Shown: positions 49,590-59,624 of the stretch, piece by piece | Layout of the letters: each line of letters starts with the position of its first letter | How positions within the stretch are numbered: position 1 is the stretch's first letter | From: an uncultured Candidatus Poseidoniales archaeon | Lineage (GTDB): Archaea > Thermoplasmatota > Poseidoniia > Poseidoniales > CAYMED01 | Assembly (NCBI GenBank): GCA_964389655.1 | Contig: CAYMED010000011.1 | Span: 1 to 64,000, forward strand | Length of the DNA: 64,000 nt | Direction of reading: 5' to 3' | Notes under the pieces: generated by a model | What the model saw: only the letters and a program-made list of their open reading frames with translations | Database searches by the model: none | Told to the model about the DNA's origin: nothing | Made by a program: the position numbers and the translations under genes

Positions 49590-50444
49590 ATGGAGATCAA
49601 ACATATCGGGGTCATAGGCGCAGGGCAGATGGGAAGTGGTATTGCACAAGTATCCGCTTGTGCTGGATATCAGGTGTCCATGATTGATGTTCAGCAGTCC
49701 TATGTAGATCGTGGTTTACAAACAATTAATGCATCACTTTCTAAGCTATCTGCTAAAAACCGCATAACCTCTGATGAAGCCTCCCAAGCCCAGAAATTAA
49801 TTTCAGTAGCCACTGACCTAAGAGCAGCGGAGAATGCCGACCTTGTGATTGAGGCAATACCTGAAGTTCCTGAACTAAAGTATTCGACATTTCAGCAACT
49901 AGACGAGATTTGTAAGTCCGAATCAATACTGGCTTCAAACACATCAAGCATAAGCATCGATTCAATTGCCAAGGCCACAAATCGGGCGGACCGGGTCATT
50001 GGAATGCATTTCATGAATCCAGTACCAATCATGAAGCTAGTCGAAATAATTGAGGGCTCCGAGACAAGCCCGTTCGTATCTATTGCGGTCATTAATGTTG
50101 CAGAAAAGATGGGAAAGACAGCCCTTTCATGTAAAGACTCTCCAGGTTTTGTATCCAATAGAATCCTGTGCCCGATGCTAAATGAGGCGATATTAACACT
50201 TCAGGAGGGTGTCGCAGAGGCAGAAGCGATTGATGGCATCATGAAATTGGGCATGAATCACCCGATTGGCCCTTTAGCTCTCGCCGACCTCATCGGGCTC
50301 GACACTGTTTTGCACATCATGAATGTCCTTCTCGATGGATTTGGGGATGAAAAATATACCCCAGCTCCTCTTTTGGTAAAGATGGTCGATCTAGGGAAAT
50401 TGGGTAGGAAATCAGGCCAGGGATTCTATACATATGGTGGCTAA
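49590..50444 (+). CDS. hbd: 3-hydroxybutyryl-CoA (3-hydroxyacyl-CoA) dehydrogenase
   Basis: GVIGAGQMGSGIA, VIEAIPE, ASNTSS, GMHFMNPVP, PGFVSNR, GPLALADLIGLD, GRKSGQGFY. Confidence 0.95.
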   Translation: MEIKHIGVIGAGQMGSGIAQVSACAGYQVSMIDVQQSYVDRGLQTINASLSKLSAKNRITSDEASQAQKLISVATDLRAAENADLVIEAIPEVPELKYSTFQQLDEICKSESILASNTSSISIDSIAKATNRADRVIGMHFMNPVPIMKLVEIIEGSETSPFVSIAVINVAEKMGKTALSCKDSPGFVSNRILCPMLNEAILTLQEGVAEAEAIDGIMKLGMNHPIGPLALADLIGLDTVLHIMNVLLDGFGDEKYTPAPLLVKMVDLGKLGRKSGQGFYTYGG

Positions 50445-50447
50445 GTT

Positions 50448-51086
50448 ATGGCGGGGATGGCTATCAAGGCCAAAGTGAAGCGAATATCATCCATTTTGGA
50501 TTCACTATATCCTAACCCACCAATCCCTCTAAGTCACTCGAGCCCCTATACGCTTCTTGTTGCTGTCATGCTTTCAGCACAAACAACGGATAAAAAGGTG
50601 AATCAAGTAACTCCAGATCTCTTTGCAATAGCCGATACGCCTGCAAAAATGGCCAAGTTAAGTGAATCCGAAATCCAGCAAATCATTCAAGAAATCGGCC
50701 TTGCCCCGACCAAGTCCCGCAATTTAAGGCGGATGGCTGAACAAATCCTCGAGAGAGGAGGGAGTGTTAATCCAGACTGGGATTTCTTGGAGTCATTGGC
50801 AGGAGTAGGGCACAAAACCGCCAGTGTCGTGATGGCTCAAGCATTTGGGGTCCCGGCATTTCCCGTGGATACACATATTCACCGATTAGCTACCCGTTGG
50901 GGTCTTTCAGATGGTTCAAATGTGACTAACACAGAAAAAAATTTGAAAGAGGTTTTCCCCAAGGGCTCTTGGAATCGAATCCACCTCCAGATCATCTTTT
51001 TCGGCAGAGAATATTGCCCAGCTAGGGGTCACGATTCAGAATCATGCCCCATTTGCTCATGGATCACTGCAGAGTCTTGTTCCTGA
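50448..51086 (+). CDS. nth: Endonuclease III
   Basis: LLVAVMLSAQTTD, HhH LAGVGHKTA, FPVDTH, GREYC and a C-terminal Cys cluster. Confidence 0.94.
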   Translation: MAGMAIKAKVKRISSILDSLYPNPPIPLSHSSPYTLLVAVMLSAQTTDKKVNQVTPDLFAIADTPAKMAKLSESEIQQIIQEIGLAPTKSRNLRRMAEQILERGGSVNPDWDFLESLAGVGHKTASVVMAQAFGVPAFPVDTHIHRLATRWGLSDGSNVTNTEKNLKEVFPKGSWNRIHLQIIFFGREYCPARGHDSESCPICSWITAESCS

Positions 51087-51226
51087 AGAGGCCCCCCTCG
51101 TCACCGGATGGGAACTCATCTGGGGGCCGCGATTCCTTTGAACAAAATGACCGGTTGGGATTTAGTGAGGCACCTTCCAATACCTCATCGGTGCTTCTAG
51201 AGCCAATGACTAGCGCATGGCGGGCC

Positions 51227-52849
51227 TTAATCCTCGCTCTCGCAAAACGGATAACCCCAAGAGTGTGGGGGATTGAGTGTTCGTTTGACGGACCTCGGGC
51301 TAATCCACCTCATTAAATTCAGAGGGCCCCCGGCTTTGTCGTTAGTGCCGCTAGCACGGCCCCCGCCAAATGGCTGTTGGGCAACAACAGCACCTGTTGG
51401 CTTATCGTTGATGTAGAAATTTCCAGCAGCAAAACGCAATGAATTAAACGCAGTTTGGATATGCTCCTCTGAATTGCTAAATATCGAGCCTGTTAGCGCA
51501 TATGGTGAAGCACCTTCGCATTCTCGAAGCACCTCCTCAAAGTTGTCGTCATCATAGATGAAAATCGTCAACACAGGGCCAAATATCTCCTCAACCATTG
51601 ATTCACTACGTGGATCAGTTGTCAAGATAACAGTCGGTTCGATGAACCAACCCTTTGATTCATCACACCCGCCCCCTGTAACGATTTGGCAACTCTTGCT
51701 TTGGGAGGCTCTTTCGATATAGCCATTGATCTTAATAAACGCCCTTTGATCAATTACTGCAGTCATGAAATTTGAAAAATCACTTGCATCTCCCATCTTT
51801 ATCGATTCAACTTCAGATATGAATTGAGCCCCCATTTGGTCCCATACGGACCTAGGGAGGTAGGCCCTACTTGCTGCTGAACATTTTTGCCCTTGGTATT
51901 CAAATGCACCACGCAATAGTGCTACGAGTAGCCCTTGCTGGTCACAATCGGGGTGGGCGACGATAAAATCCTTCCCGCCAGTCTCCCCTACAATTCGGGG
52001 ATAACTACTGAGGCGAGGGAGGGCCTCCGCGATTTGTTGCCACAATTTTCGAAAAGTGTTGGTTGAGCCAGTGAAATGGAGACCTGCGAAATTTGGGTTC
52101 TCGAGAGAAATACTGGTGATTAGGTCTCCCGGGCCCGGCAAAAAATTGATGACGCCAGGGGGCAAACCAGCCTCAACCATTAATTGCATCAAATACCAGT
52201 TTGAAAGGTAGGAATTGCGACTCGGCTTCCATATTGATGTGCACCCTACAAGTGCAGGGGCGCTGGGCAGGTTGGCAGCGATACTAGAAAAATTAAACGG
52301 GGTGATTGCAAGTATAAATCCCTCCAAGGGGCGTATCTCGCTAGTATTTTCGAATCCAGGGGGGCTTACTAAGGGCTGCAAGTATGAATGGAAGCCGCGT
52401 GCATAGTGCGAATTGAAACGCCAAAAGTCAATCAATTCACAAGCCGAATCTATTTCAGCTTGAAAGGCAGTCTTACTTTGATTTAACATCGTTGCAGCAT
52501 TGATTTTCATTCGCCATGAGCCAGCAAGTAAATCTGCGGCCTTCTCGAAAATCTCGCAGCGTGCATCTAGGCCAATTTCAATCCATTGATGCTGTGCGAG
52601 CACTGCAGACCTGCAAGAGGCCTCTATCTCCTCGCGTCCCGCTAGGTGTACATTTGCAATAACGTGCCCATGATCATGAGGGATGGTTTGCTGGCAAATA
52701 TCCCCAGTATAGATCTCTTCGCCATTGACTAGGCAAGGAATTTCAACAATTGAGCGAGATTGGACGTCTAATTCGGCTTGGAGAGTATTTCTCTCTTGAC
52801 TCCCTATTGCGTATTCAAGGATCGGTTCATTGAGGGGTTGGTCCTGCAT
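51227..52849 (-). CDS. pruA: L-glutamate gamma-semialdehyde (P5C) dehydrogenase
   Basis: AEIDSACELIDFWRFN, RPLEGF, PFNF, FTGST, GETGGK, FEYQGQKCSA, EEIFGP, NDKPTGAVV.QQPFGG.RASGTNDKAG. Confidence 0.95.
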   Translation of the reverse strand: MQDQPLNEPILEYAIGSQERNTLQAELDVQSRSIVEIPCLVNGEEIYTGDICQQTIPHDHGHVIANVHLAGREEIEASCRSAVLAQHQWIEIGLDARCEIFEKAADLLAGSWRMKINAATMLNQSKTAFQAEIDSACELIDFWRFNSHYARGFHSYLQPLVSPPGFENTSEIRPLEGFILAITPFNFSSIAANLPSAPALVGCTSIWKPSRNSYLSNWYLMQLMVEAGLPPGVINFLPGPGDLITSISLENPNFAGLHFTGSTNTFRKLWQQIAEALPRLSSYPRIVGETGGKDFIVAHPDCDQQGLLVALLRGAFEYQGQKCSAASRAYLPRSVWDQMGAQFISEVESIKMGDASDFSNFMTAVIDQRAFIKINGYIERASQSKSCQIVTGGGCDESKGWFIEPTVILTTDPRSESMVEEIFGPVLTIFIYDDDNFEEVLRECEGASPYALTGSIFSNSEEHIQTAFNSLRFAAGNFYINDKPTGAVVAQQPFGGGRASGTNDKAGGPLNLMRWISPRSVKRTLNPPHSWGYPFCESED

Positions 52850-52939
52850 GCTATCAGTCCCGCGACCCAAAGGAGGCTCATGTCGATTGCCCTTCCCCAA
52901 CTGAGCGCATGCAAGAGTGCGCATGTGCCAAAATTATCT

Positions 52940-55240
52940 TCAGCGCACTTTCGATCCCGTTGTGATCTCACCATCGAGCGTAACGAGTTTTACTTTCCCC
53001 TTCTCATCGTCGGCAGCGAGCATCATTCCCTCGGAAACTACTCCACGTAATTTTCTTGGAGCAAGGTTTGCAACAAATACGACTTGTTTTCCTTCCAATT
53101 CCTTGGACGAGTAATACTCTTTTAGGCCTGCGCAGATTGTACGCCCTGCTGCACCATCATCAATTCGGATGACATATAATTTGTCGGCATTAGGGTGATC
53201 TTCGGCAGAAGTAATTATGCCCGTTCTTAATTCAACTTTTACAAATGATTCGAAATCCAACCATGTGGTCCCTTCTGGTGCATCGGGCATGCCGGGAGCA
53301 CCTAGTGCACTACTTTTTTGCTCTTTCCTGCCACCTTTGAGAGGGGCAACTTGCCCCTCCTGAAGAGAGGTCATTTCCTGGCTTGCCAGCTTTTCTTCGT
53401 GTTTGATAATTTCCTCGAGATCGAGTCTTTTGAAAAGGGGAACCGGGCGCATATTAGTCCATGAGAGAGGTACTGCCCAGTCAATAGCGGAGTTCCAGTG
53501 CACCTTGCTGACATCACCTCCTAGGCCAAGCGAGTGCCACAATTTCTGTGAACTAAAGGGAATGAATGGTTGAGTTGCGATAGCAAGCAAACGAGCGATT
53601 TTCCAGCAAAATGCCAAAACCGACAAAGATTCTATTCGGTCCTCTGTAAATTTAGGGTCTGAAGAATCTTCGCCCAAGTATTTCCAAGGCGCGGCGTTTT
53701 GAAGAAGTTGATTTCCGTACTGCGCCACGAACATAATATTCCGAAGCCCTTCCTTGAATCGGTGCTGGTCTAAACTCTTCCCAATTTCGTGCCAAAGCGC
53801 CTCGCACTTTTCAATTTCAGCAGTGGGGGTGCGCCCGGCAAACTTCTCTAAAGGATTGTTATCTTGCCCCTCTGTGCTCATTCTGTGGGTGAGAGTCAGT
53901 ACCCGGTGGACAAAATTACCGTAACACCCGATCAATTCCGAATTAACCTTCTCGACAAAATCGGCCCAACTGAAATCTGTGTCGTGGTTTTCAGGCATGT
54001 TTATTCCAAGATAATAGCGTAATGTATCTGGGTCGAAACGCTCGAGAAAAGACGGTAGCCAAACAGCATGCTTCCGGCTCTTTGAAAATTGGCCGCCCGA
54101 CAACATCAGATATTCCATGGCCGGGACATTGTCAGCAAGGTGTAAATCACCGGGACCGGGTAGTTTAGCGGGCATCTTAGCATCTAGCCCATTTGCTGCG
54201 TGATTTAGCCCCATGATCAGAGCTGGCCAAATCACCGTATGGAATGGAATGTTGTCTTTCCCGAGAAAATACAAGTGTCGTGGTTTCGAACCATCCGCTG
54301 AAATTCGCCACCACCTCTCCCATAAATCATGGCTCTCAGTAAACCTCTGTGACCAAATTTTGGCGCATGTAAGGTATCCTTGCACTGCTTCAAACCAGAC
54401 GTAGACGCACTTTCCAGCCCACTCATCATCTGCAATTGGGATTGGAATTCCCCACTCGAGGTCTCGGGTGATGGCTCTGGGCCTCAACCCCATGTCTAAC
54501 CACTGTTTTGTCATGGCTCGAACATTTGTCTTCCATGATTGTTGTCGGCCCGCAGCATGTTCAACGAGCATTTCCTGAAACAGATCTAATCTGAAAAAGA
54601 GGTGCTCGGTCTCTCGGACCTCAATATCTGCTTTTGGATCCATCTTGGACCGCGGATTAAGAAGTTCATGCGCCTCATACGTTACCCCACACGAGTCGCA
54701 CTGATCCCCACGCGCTCCTTCTGAGGCACATTTTGGGCATTTACCCTCTACATATCGATCCGGTAGGAATCGCCCCTCACCATCGACTTTTGTTTCGTAA
54801 TATTGTAACATCGTTTCCCTCTTGAAAAGGCCTGCTTCGTGGAGTCTCAGGAAATTTTCTTGCACCATCTGCTTGTGCATATGGTCACTTGTTCGGTTAA
54901 ATAATGCGCCACCATATGTTTCCCCCCTCGGGTCTACATGTGGCTTCCATTGGCAGCCGAGGTCAAGCAGGGCCTTGGAATTAATTTCGTGATATTTATC
55001 CACCACGTCTTGGGGAGATATGCCCTGCATTTCGGCACTTACTGTAATTGGAGTGCCGTGTTCATCTGAGCCACTGACCATGAGCACGCGATTCCCCTTC
55101 GCTTTCTCGTACCGAAACTGAATGTCAGGGGGGAGGTAGCATCCTGCTACGTGGCCTAAATGCAGAGGTCCATTCGCGTATGGCCAAGCCACGCAGATCA
55201 AAACATGCTCGTCCACGGTTGCGGGTGTAGATTGCTGCAC
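52940..55240 (-). CDS. metG: Methionine--tRNA ligase with C-terminal tRNA-binding domain
   Basis: PYANGPLHLGH, GSDEHG, Zn knuckle CPKC/CDSC, YVWFEA, GKDNIPFH, FSKS, HPNADKL..NLAPRKLRG..SEGM. Confidence 0.97.
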   Translation of the reverse strand: MQQSTPATVDEHVLICVAWPYANGPLHLGHVAGCYLPPDIQFRYEKAKGNRVLMVSGSDEHGTPITVSAEMQGISPQDVVDKYHEINSKALLDLGCQWKPHVDPRGETYGGALFNRTSDHMHKQMVQENFLRLHEAGLFKRETMLQYYETKVDGEGRFLPDRYVEGKCPKCASEGARGDQCDSCGVTYEAHELLNPRSKMDPKADIEVRETEHLFFRLDLFQEMLVEHAAGRQQSWKTNVRAMTKQWLDMGLRPRAITRDLEWGIPIPIADDEWAGKCVYVWFEAVQGYLTCAKIWSQRFTESHDLWERWWRISADGSKPRHLYFLGKDNIPFHTVIWPALIMGLNHAANGLDAKMPAKLPGPGDLHLADNVPAMEYLMLSGGQFSKSRKHAVWLPSFLERFDPDTLRYYLGINMPENHDTDFSWADFVEKVNSELIGCYGNFVHRVLTLTHRMSTEGQDNNPLEKFAGRTPTAEIEKCEALWHEIGKSLDQHRFKEGLRNIMFVAQYGNQLLQNAAPWKYLGEDSSDPKFTEDRIESLSVLAFCWKIARLLAIATQPFIPFSSQKLWHSLGLGGDVSKVHWNSAIDWAVPLSWTNMRPVPLFKRLDLEEIIKHEEKLASQEMTSLQEGQVAPLKGGRKEQKSSALGAPGMPDAPEGTTWLDFESFVKVELRTGIITSAEDHPNADKLYVIRIDDGAAGRTICAGLKEYYSSKELEGKQVVFVANLAPRKLRGVVSEGMMLAADDEKGKVKLVTLDGEITTGSKVR

Positions 55241-55328
55241 ATAGCGTTGACCCTAGTGAAAGGTAAATCTCATCAACAACCTGCGTGGCAGTGGGTTTGC
55301 GGGCCGTGGGTCTAGAGGCTGATACACG

Positions 55329-56363
55329 TTGGATGTCACCCTTCTCACATTCTATGTTGGGCTCGCGATATCGATCTCATTTTTGTGTAGTATTCTGGAG
55401 GCGGTTCTGCTGTCAGTTTCGCTAAGTTATATTGCAATGATGGAGCAAGATGGGCGAAGAGTAGGGAGAATGTGGAGGCGGCTGAAGGATGATGTTGAAC
55501 GACCCCTTACCGCCATACTCACCCTGAATACGATAGCCCATACAGTAGGTGCCATCGGAGTAGGATCTGTCGTACAGGCCGAGTATGGGTCAACCGGGTT
55601 GGCGATTGCATCAGCACTTTTGACCGCTGCCGTTCTGTTGTTTTCAGAAATATTGCCGAAAACACTTGGCGCAACATTTTGGCGCCCTTTGGCAATACCT
55701 TCAGGATATCTTCTCAGGTGGATGATCGCCGCCATGTGGGTTGTAGTCGTACCCATAGAATGGCTCAGGAAAATGCTCCCGCGCCCAAAGGAAGAGGCAA
55801 CAGTAACGCGAGAAGAATTAGCCATCTTGGCAGAAATTTCGGGAGAGGAGGGTTCAATCGAGAGTGATGAACGAAACATCATCCGAAATCTCCTCACATT
55901 GAGCCAGAGGACTGTCGGAGAGGTGATGACCCCGAGAACTGTTCTTTCTACCGTAAATATCTCCGATACAGTGCAGGATGTTATGGATCGAAATGGCATG
56001 ATGCCACATAGCCGCATGCCAGTATATGGGGATTCGTTGGATGACCGGGTGGGGATTGTACTTCGACGTTCAATATTGCGTGAAGCGAGCGAAGACCATT
56101 TTGAGACAAAGATGTCTGACTTAATGCAACCAATTGAAACATGTGCCGATTCTGATGATTTAGATCAAGTCCTAGATGTGATGATTGCGGGAAGGCACCA
56201 CTTACTCGCCGTTGATGATGGATTTGGGGGGACTGCGGGGATCATCACACTAGAGGACATACTTGAAACACTATTGGGTGTGGAGATTGTGGACGAATCG
56301 GACCCCGTAATCGATATGCGCGTGCTTGCTGAAGAGAGGGCAGCGACAGATTCAGCACCTTGA
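55329..56363 (+). CDS. CNNM/DUF21 plus CBS-pair protein (CorC/hemolysin-like Mg/Co transport)
   Basis: SFLCSILEA, AILTLNTIAHT.GA, SEILPKT, VMTPR, HSRMPVY, GIITLEDILETLLG.EIVDE.D. Confidence 0.92.
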   Translation: MDVTLLTFYVGLAISISFLCSILEAVLLSVSLSYIAMMEQDGRRVGRMWRRLKDDVERPLTAILTLNTIAHTVGAIGVGSVVQAEYGSTGLAIASALLTAAVLLFSEILPKTLGATFWRPLAIPSGYLLRWMIAAMWVVVVPIEWLRKMLPRPKEEATVTREELAILAEISGEEGSIESDERNIIRNLLTLSQRTVGEVMTPRTVLSTVNISDTVQDVMDRNGMMPHSRMPVYGDSLDDRVGIVLRRSILREASEDHFETKMSDLMQPIETCADSDDLDQVLDVMIAGRHHLLAVDDGFGGTAGIITLEDILETLLGVEIVDESDPVIDMRVLAEERAATDSAP

Positions 56364-56368
56364 AAAAA

Positions 56369-57136
56369 TCATGCATCATCCTCGTCGCTTTCTTCAGTTT
56401 CATCCCCATCCTTCTTAGCAAACCTTTCTTCCGCCATAGTTCCCAAATTCTCTAGACGCGCCACCCACCCCTTTTCCTTTCCTGTTGGGACGTGCGCAAC
56501 ATGATATACTCCAAATATCATCTCCCAAAGCCCTTGACGCTGCTCGGAACGGAGAAGTCGAACAATGTAATCTGCAAGAACGTATAGGAAGCAGAATACT
56601 GCAGCAATTACCATGGATTTACCCTGGTCTGCAGCCATGAGGAGAAATATGAGTCCAAGTACAAAGATTGGTAGCGTCAAAACTGCCATGATGTGGTAAA
56701 GAAATAGTGGATTTTCCCCTTTGTGCGTCACTGTTTTAATGCGAGCGGTAAAATGCCCTACAGAACGTCCAAGCCAAATTGGGAGGATGAATAAATCAAT
56801 TGAGGCAAGGAGAATTCCGGATAACAGCGCTATTGTGGGATCACCCGTCGTTGCGACCATGAGAAAGAGAGCAGGGATGACAAGTCCCCAGGTGACTAGG
56901 AAATCGACGAGCCTCCCAGCCCTACGTGCCGCCATCCTAGCGAGTACGTAATCGCTAGGCATGCTACGTCCTGTTGCAGCACTTCGACCGCCCTTTTGAC
57001 GTCTCGAAGGACGTGCTTTTTGTGGCCTTCTAGAAGTGTCGGATGGTTTCTGACGCTTTCTCGGAGCAGGCTTTTTTGGGGAAGCAGTACCTTCTTTTTT
57101 CGACCCATCAGCTTCGACTTTGTCGAGTAGACCCAT
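56369..57136 (-). CDS. RDD family membrane protein with a basic disordered N-terminus
   Basis: ARRAGRLVDF, GRSVGH, RQGLWE motifs; about 4 TM helices. Confidence 0.7.
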   Translation of the reverse strand: MGLLDKVEADGSKKEGTASPKKPAPRKRQKPSDTSRRPQKARPSRRQKGGRSAATGRSMPSDYVLARMAARRAGRLVDFLVTWGLVIPALFLMVATTGDPTIALLSGILLASIDLFILPIWLGRSVGHFTARIKTVTHKGENPLFLYHIMAVLTLPIFVLGLIFLLMAADQGKSMVIAAVFCFLYVLADYIVRLLRSEQRQGLWEMIFGVYHVAHVPTGKEKGWVARLENLGTMAEERFAKKDGDETEESDEDDA

Positions 57137-57138
57137 AT

Positions 57139-58374
57139 TTATCCCTCCTTTCTAAATTGTTGCCCTACTTCTATGTATGTTGAAAAGTCGGCCGACTGGC
57201 TAAACTGCGTGATTGTGTCCTCGGGTAATTCAGACAAAAGACCATCGACGAGTGCAAAGAAATCACGGCGAACATCATTACTAGCCCCTTCGGGAGACCC
57301 CCCTACTTCTGAATATAGTAAGAAGTCGTCTGAAGAAATAAATTCCTCAATTCTTTCATCAGGGAGTTTTGTGAGTAAGTCGTCAACAATTGAGACAAAA
57401 TGAGCAAAATGGTCTGCAGGGGGCATATCCTTCCGTGCCGCTTTTGGTTTGGGGCGCTGGGTCGATTTTACTAAGTCCTCCATGGGTTTCTCCCCTGACA
57501 GTACCTCAAGAACTGCACGGCGTCTAGCGACAAGAGGCTTGAGTTGATTTCCAGCCTTCTCGATTTTGGCTGTCTGCCCCCTCTGTTTGGCTAAGCGATA
57601 ACGATCATGGAGGGGACGGATCTTTCTCTCAAGAGTTTCGATTTCACCGCGCAACTCTTCCTCCACTACAGGATCCAAGTGGGATGATGGCGCCTCATCC
57701 GTGCTATCCCCTCCGGTTGGGCTCTCACCAAGTTCTTGCGGGATTGTCTTAGATTCTGCCGCGCCAACTCCATCCTCGTCCGATGAATCTTGCATATCGG
57801 TCTCTTCTGGCCCTAGGTCTTCCGCATCATCTTCCCCGCCTAGCACAGTTTCAACCTCTTCAATCACTTCAGGGGTTCCTGAGGTGGCCCTTGTAGCCTT
57901 AATTTCGCGACCTCGTAGCACAATAAGCTCGCGATCGAGTTCTCGGCCAAAGCGAGATGAATATCTATCGAGAAGCGAACCGACTTCACCAGAGCCAAGG
58001 CGGTCAATTTGGCCATACATCTGTTTGAGAGGCTTTGAGCCTGTTCGCTCCCATAGGCTCGCATATCTTGTGTCGCGTGGTTTTGAGTCGCCCGAAGAGA
58101 TCACCTCTACCTCTACCTCCGCTTCTTCCTCACGATTCTTGCGTTTTGATCCTGTACGCCGAGCAATTTTGGGCAAGCCGAGATCCAAATCCTCAGGTGA
58201 TGGGGGTGGAGGGAGGCCCAATGCGGAAGGGGGGGGAGGGGGAGGGAGGTCTAAACCTGCAGGAGGAGGTGGTAAATCGCCCCCTTTCTTTGCACGCCGC
58301 CGCCCCAATGAATCGACTCCAACATGAATTGGACCCCCCATTGGTCTTGAATGTGTCCCGGAGGAGATACGCAT
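57139..58374 (-). CDS. Hypothetical protein: polyproline, acidic linker, coiled coil and duplicated C-terminal helical module
   Basis: LPPPPAGLDLPPPPPPSALGLPPPPSP; two repeats of VDxLLxxLPxxxIxxFxxSxDFxxYxEVG; abuts priS. Confidence 0.8.
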   Translation of the reverse strand: MRISSGTHSRPMGGPIHVGVDSLGRRRAKKGGDLPPPPAGLDLPPPPPPSALGLPPPPSPEDLDLGLPKIARRTGSKRKNREEEAEVEVEVISSGDSKPRDTRYASLWERTGSKPLKQMYGQIDRLGSGEVGSLLDRYSSRFGRELDRELIVLRGREIKATRATSGTPEVIEEVETVLGGEDDAEDLGPEETDMQDSSDEDGVGAAESKTIPQELGESPTGGDSTDEAPSSHLDPVVEEELRGEIETLERKIRPLHDRYRLAKQRGQTAKIEKAGNQLKPLVARRRAVLEVLSGEKPMEDLVKSTQRPKPKAARKDMPPADHFAHFVSIVDDLLTKLPDERIEEFISSDDFLLYSEVGGSPEGASNDVRRDFFALVDGLLSELPEDTITQFSQSADFSTYIEVGQQFRKEG

Positions 58375-59606
58375 CAGGGATTGGCTTCAGATAGCGGCAA
58401 TGCCCAGCGTTTTAAAACTAGAAATGCCGCTTCGGAAGTATTCGCTGCTATTTTCACGCCCTCGTGTATCGAAATTTCACGCTCTAACAGGCGAACTTTT
58501 GCTGATGGAACAATTCCGATCAGGTCCCATTCCTCATCATTGGAGATCGCTATTGCTTCTGAAAGTGGGTCAAATGGGTCGACACCATCTGGGTCCAATC
58601 GGCTGAGCGGCAATTCAGTTACACGGAAGCCGGCTTTGCCATTTATGCTCCCAACAGCACGGATCAGCCTCTTTGTATCTATTGTTACAACCTCGTCGAT
58701 TTCCCCCGCATCACCTCTAATGAGCATTGCACTCCCCTTGAGAAGGTCAAGAAAGGTATCCTCATGCCTGCTCGCTTGGTTCTTTGTCCCCCCCAATAAT
58801 TTGAGATTCCCTTGCTCAACGCGTTTTCGAATGCTTACAACTTTTAACCGTTCAGCAAGAGTTTCGACATGCTTGAATGGCCTCGGTTTTAACCCCGTTC
58901 CCGCTGAAGTTACAAGCATTTGGTCTAATTCCTTTTTTGCCTTGGAACCCCTAGACTCTGAGTATGTGCATAGAAGTTCGATCACCTGCCGCATTCCTTG
59001 GGAAACACGGTCTGCCCATCCTGGTCTTGCCAACGAATTGTGGCGCAAAGAGCGGTGCAAAATCACCTCCGGCTTGAGTTCTTGACCGCGGATATATTCC
59101 ACAACCTCCCGCCGTGATTTCTCATCCATCGTCAGCAATTCGGGATCTCTGACATGGATGTGGAAGCCACGGTGGCCAGAAAATGTAACTTGGACATGCT
59201 TTGCATCAAAACCCAATTCTGCACTCAGAAATGTATCCCATAGCCGCCAAGTCTCACGCTGAATGTGGGTGATCATGGATTCAAAATCAAGGTCGTCGAC
59301 CCCTTCTAGGTGATCTCCGTCAAGATCGAAAATAAGGTCTGCACCCAACCAAATTTTGTCATCCATCTTTCGTTCACTTGGCTTCTCATAGTAGGATGTG
59401 CTATGAAACAAGCCAGAGGGTGGACGGCGAATAAGTTCGGCACGCAAGTCTTCGATATCTCTGTACATCCGATGGCGGATGACGCCACGGCTGTCGAAGG
59501 GAAAAAGGCCCCATTCCCGAAGAGCAAGGCGCGGGGGAGGGGGTAGTGATGCTGTCCGATAATATTCGCCAACGAGGTAGGCAATCCGTGTCCGCCCACC
59601 AATCAT
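58374..59606 (-). CDS. priS: DNA primase small (catalytic) subunit
   Basis: REWG, RHR, ADLIFDLDGD, FSGHRGFHIHV, IDEVVTIDTKRLIR..GSINGK. Confidence 0.95.
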   Translation of the reverse strand: MIGGRTRIAYLVGEYYRTASLPPPPRLALREWGLFPFDSRGVIRHRMYRDIEDLRAELIRRPPSGLFHSTSYYEKPSERKMDDKIWLGADLIFDLDGDHLEGVDDLDFESMITHIQRETWRLWDTFLSAELGFDAKHVQVTFSGHRGFHIHVRDPELLTMDEKSRREVVEYIRGQELKPEVILHRSLRHNSLARPGWADRVSQGMRQVIELLCTYSESRGSKAKKELDQMLVTSAGTGLKPRPFKHVETLAERLKVVSIRKRVEQGNLKLLGGTKNQASRHEDTFLDLLKGSAMLIRGDAGEIDEVVTIDTKRLIRAVGSINGKAGFRVTELPLSRLDPDGVDPFDPLSEAIAISNDEEWDLIGIVPSAKVRLLEREISIHEGVKIAANTSEAAFLVLKRWALPLSEANP

Positions 59607-59624
59607 CCGGCAAATGTCCTCTGT

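Noticed and set aside
51100-51200. Hammerhead ribozyme, C/D-box sRNA or 5S rRNA
   Set aside because: Only GATGAG fragments are present; no CTGATGA/GAAA core, no C/D box pair and no 5S consensus
57701-59085. Antisense ORFs of 208 and 244 aa
   Set aside because: They lie opposite well-supported genes (priS and its neighbour) and have no motifs
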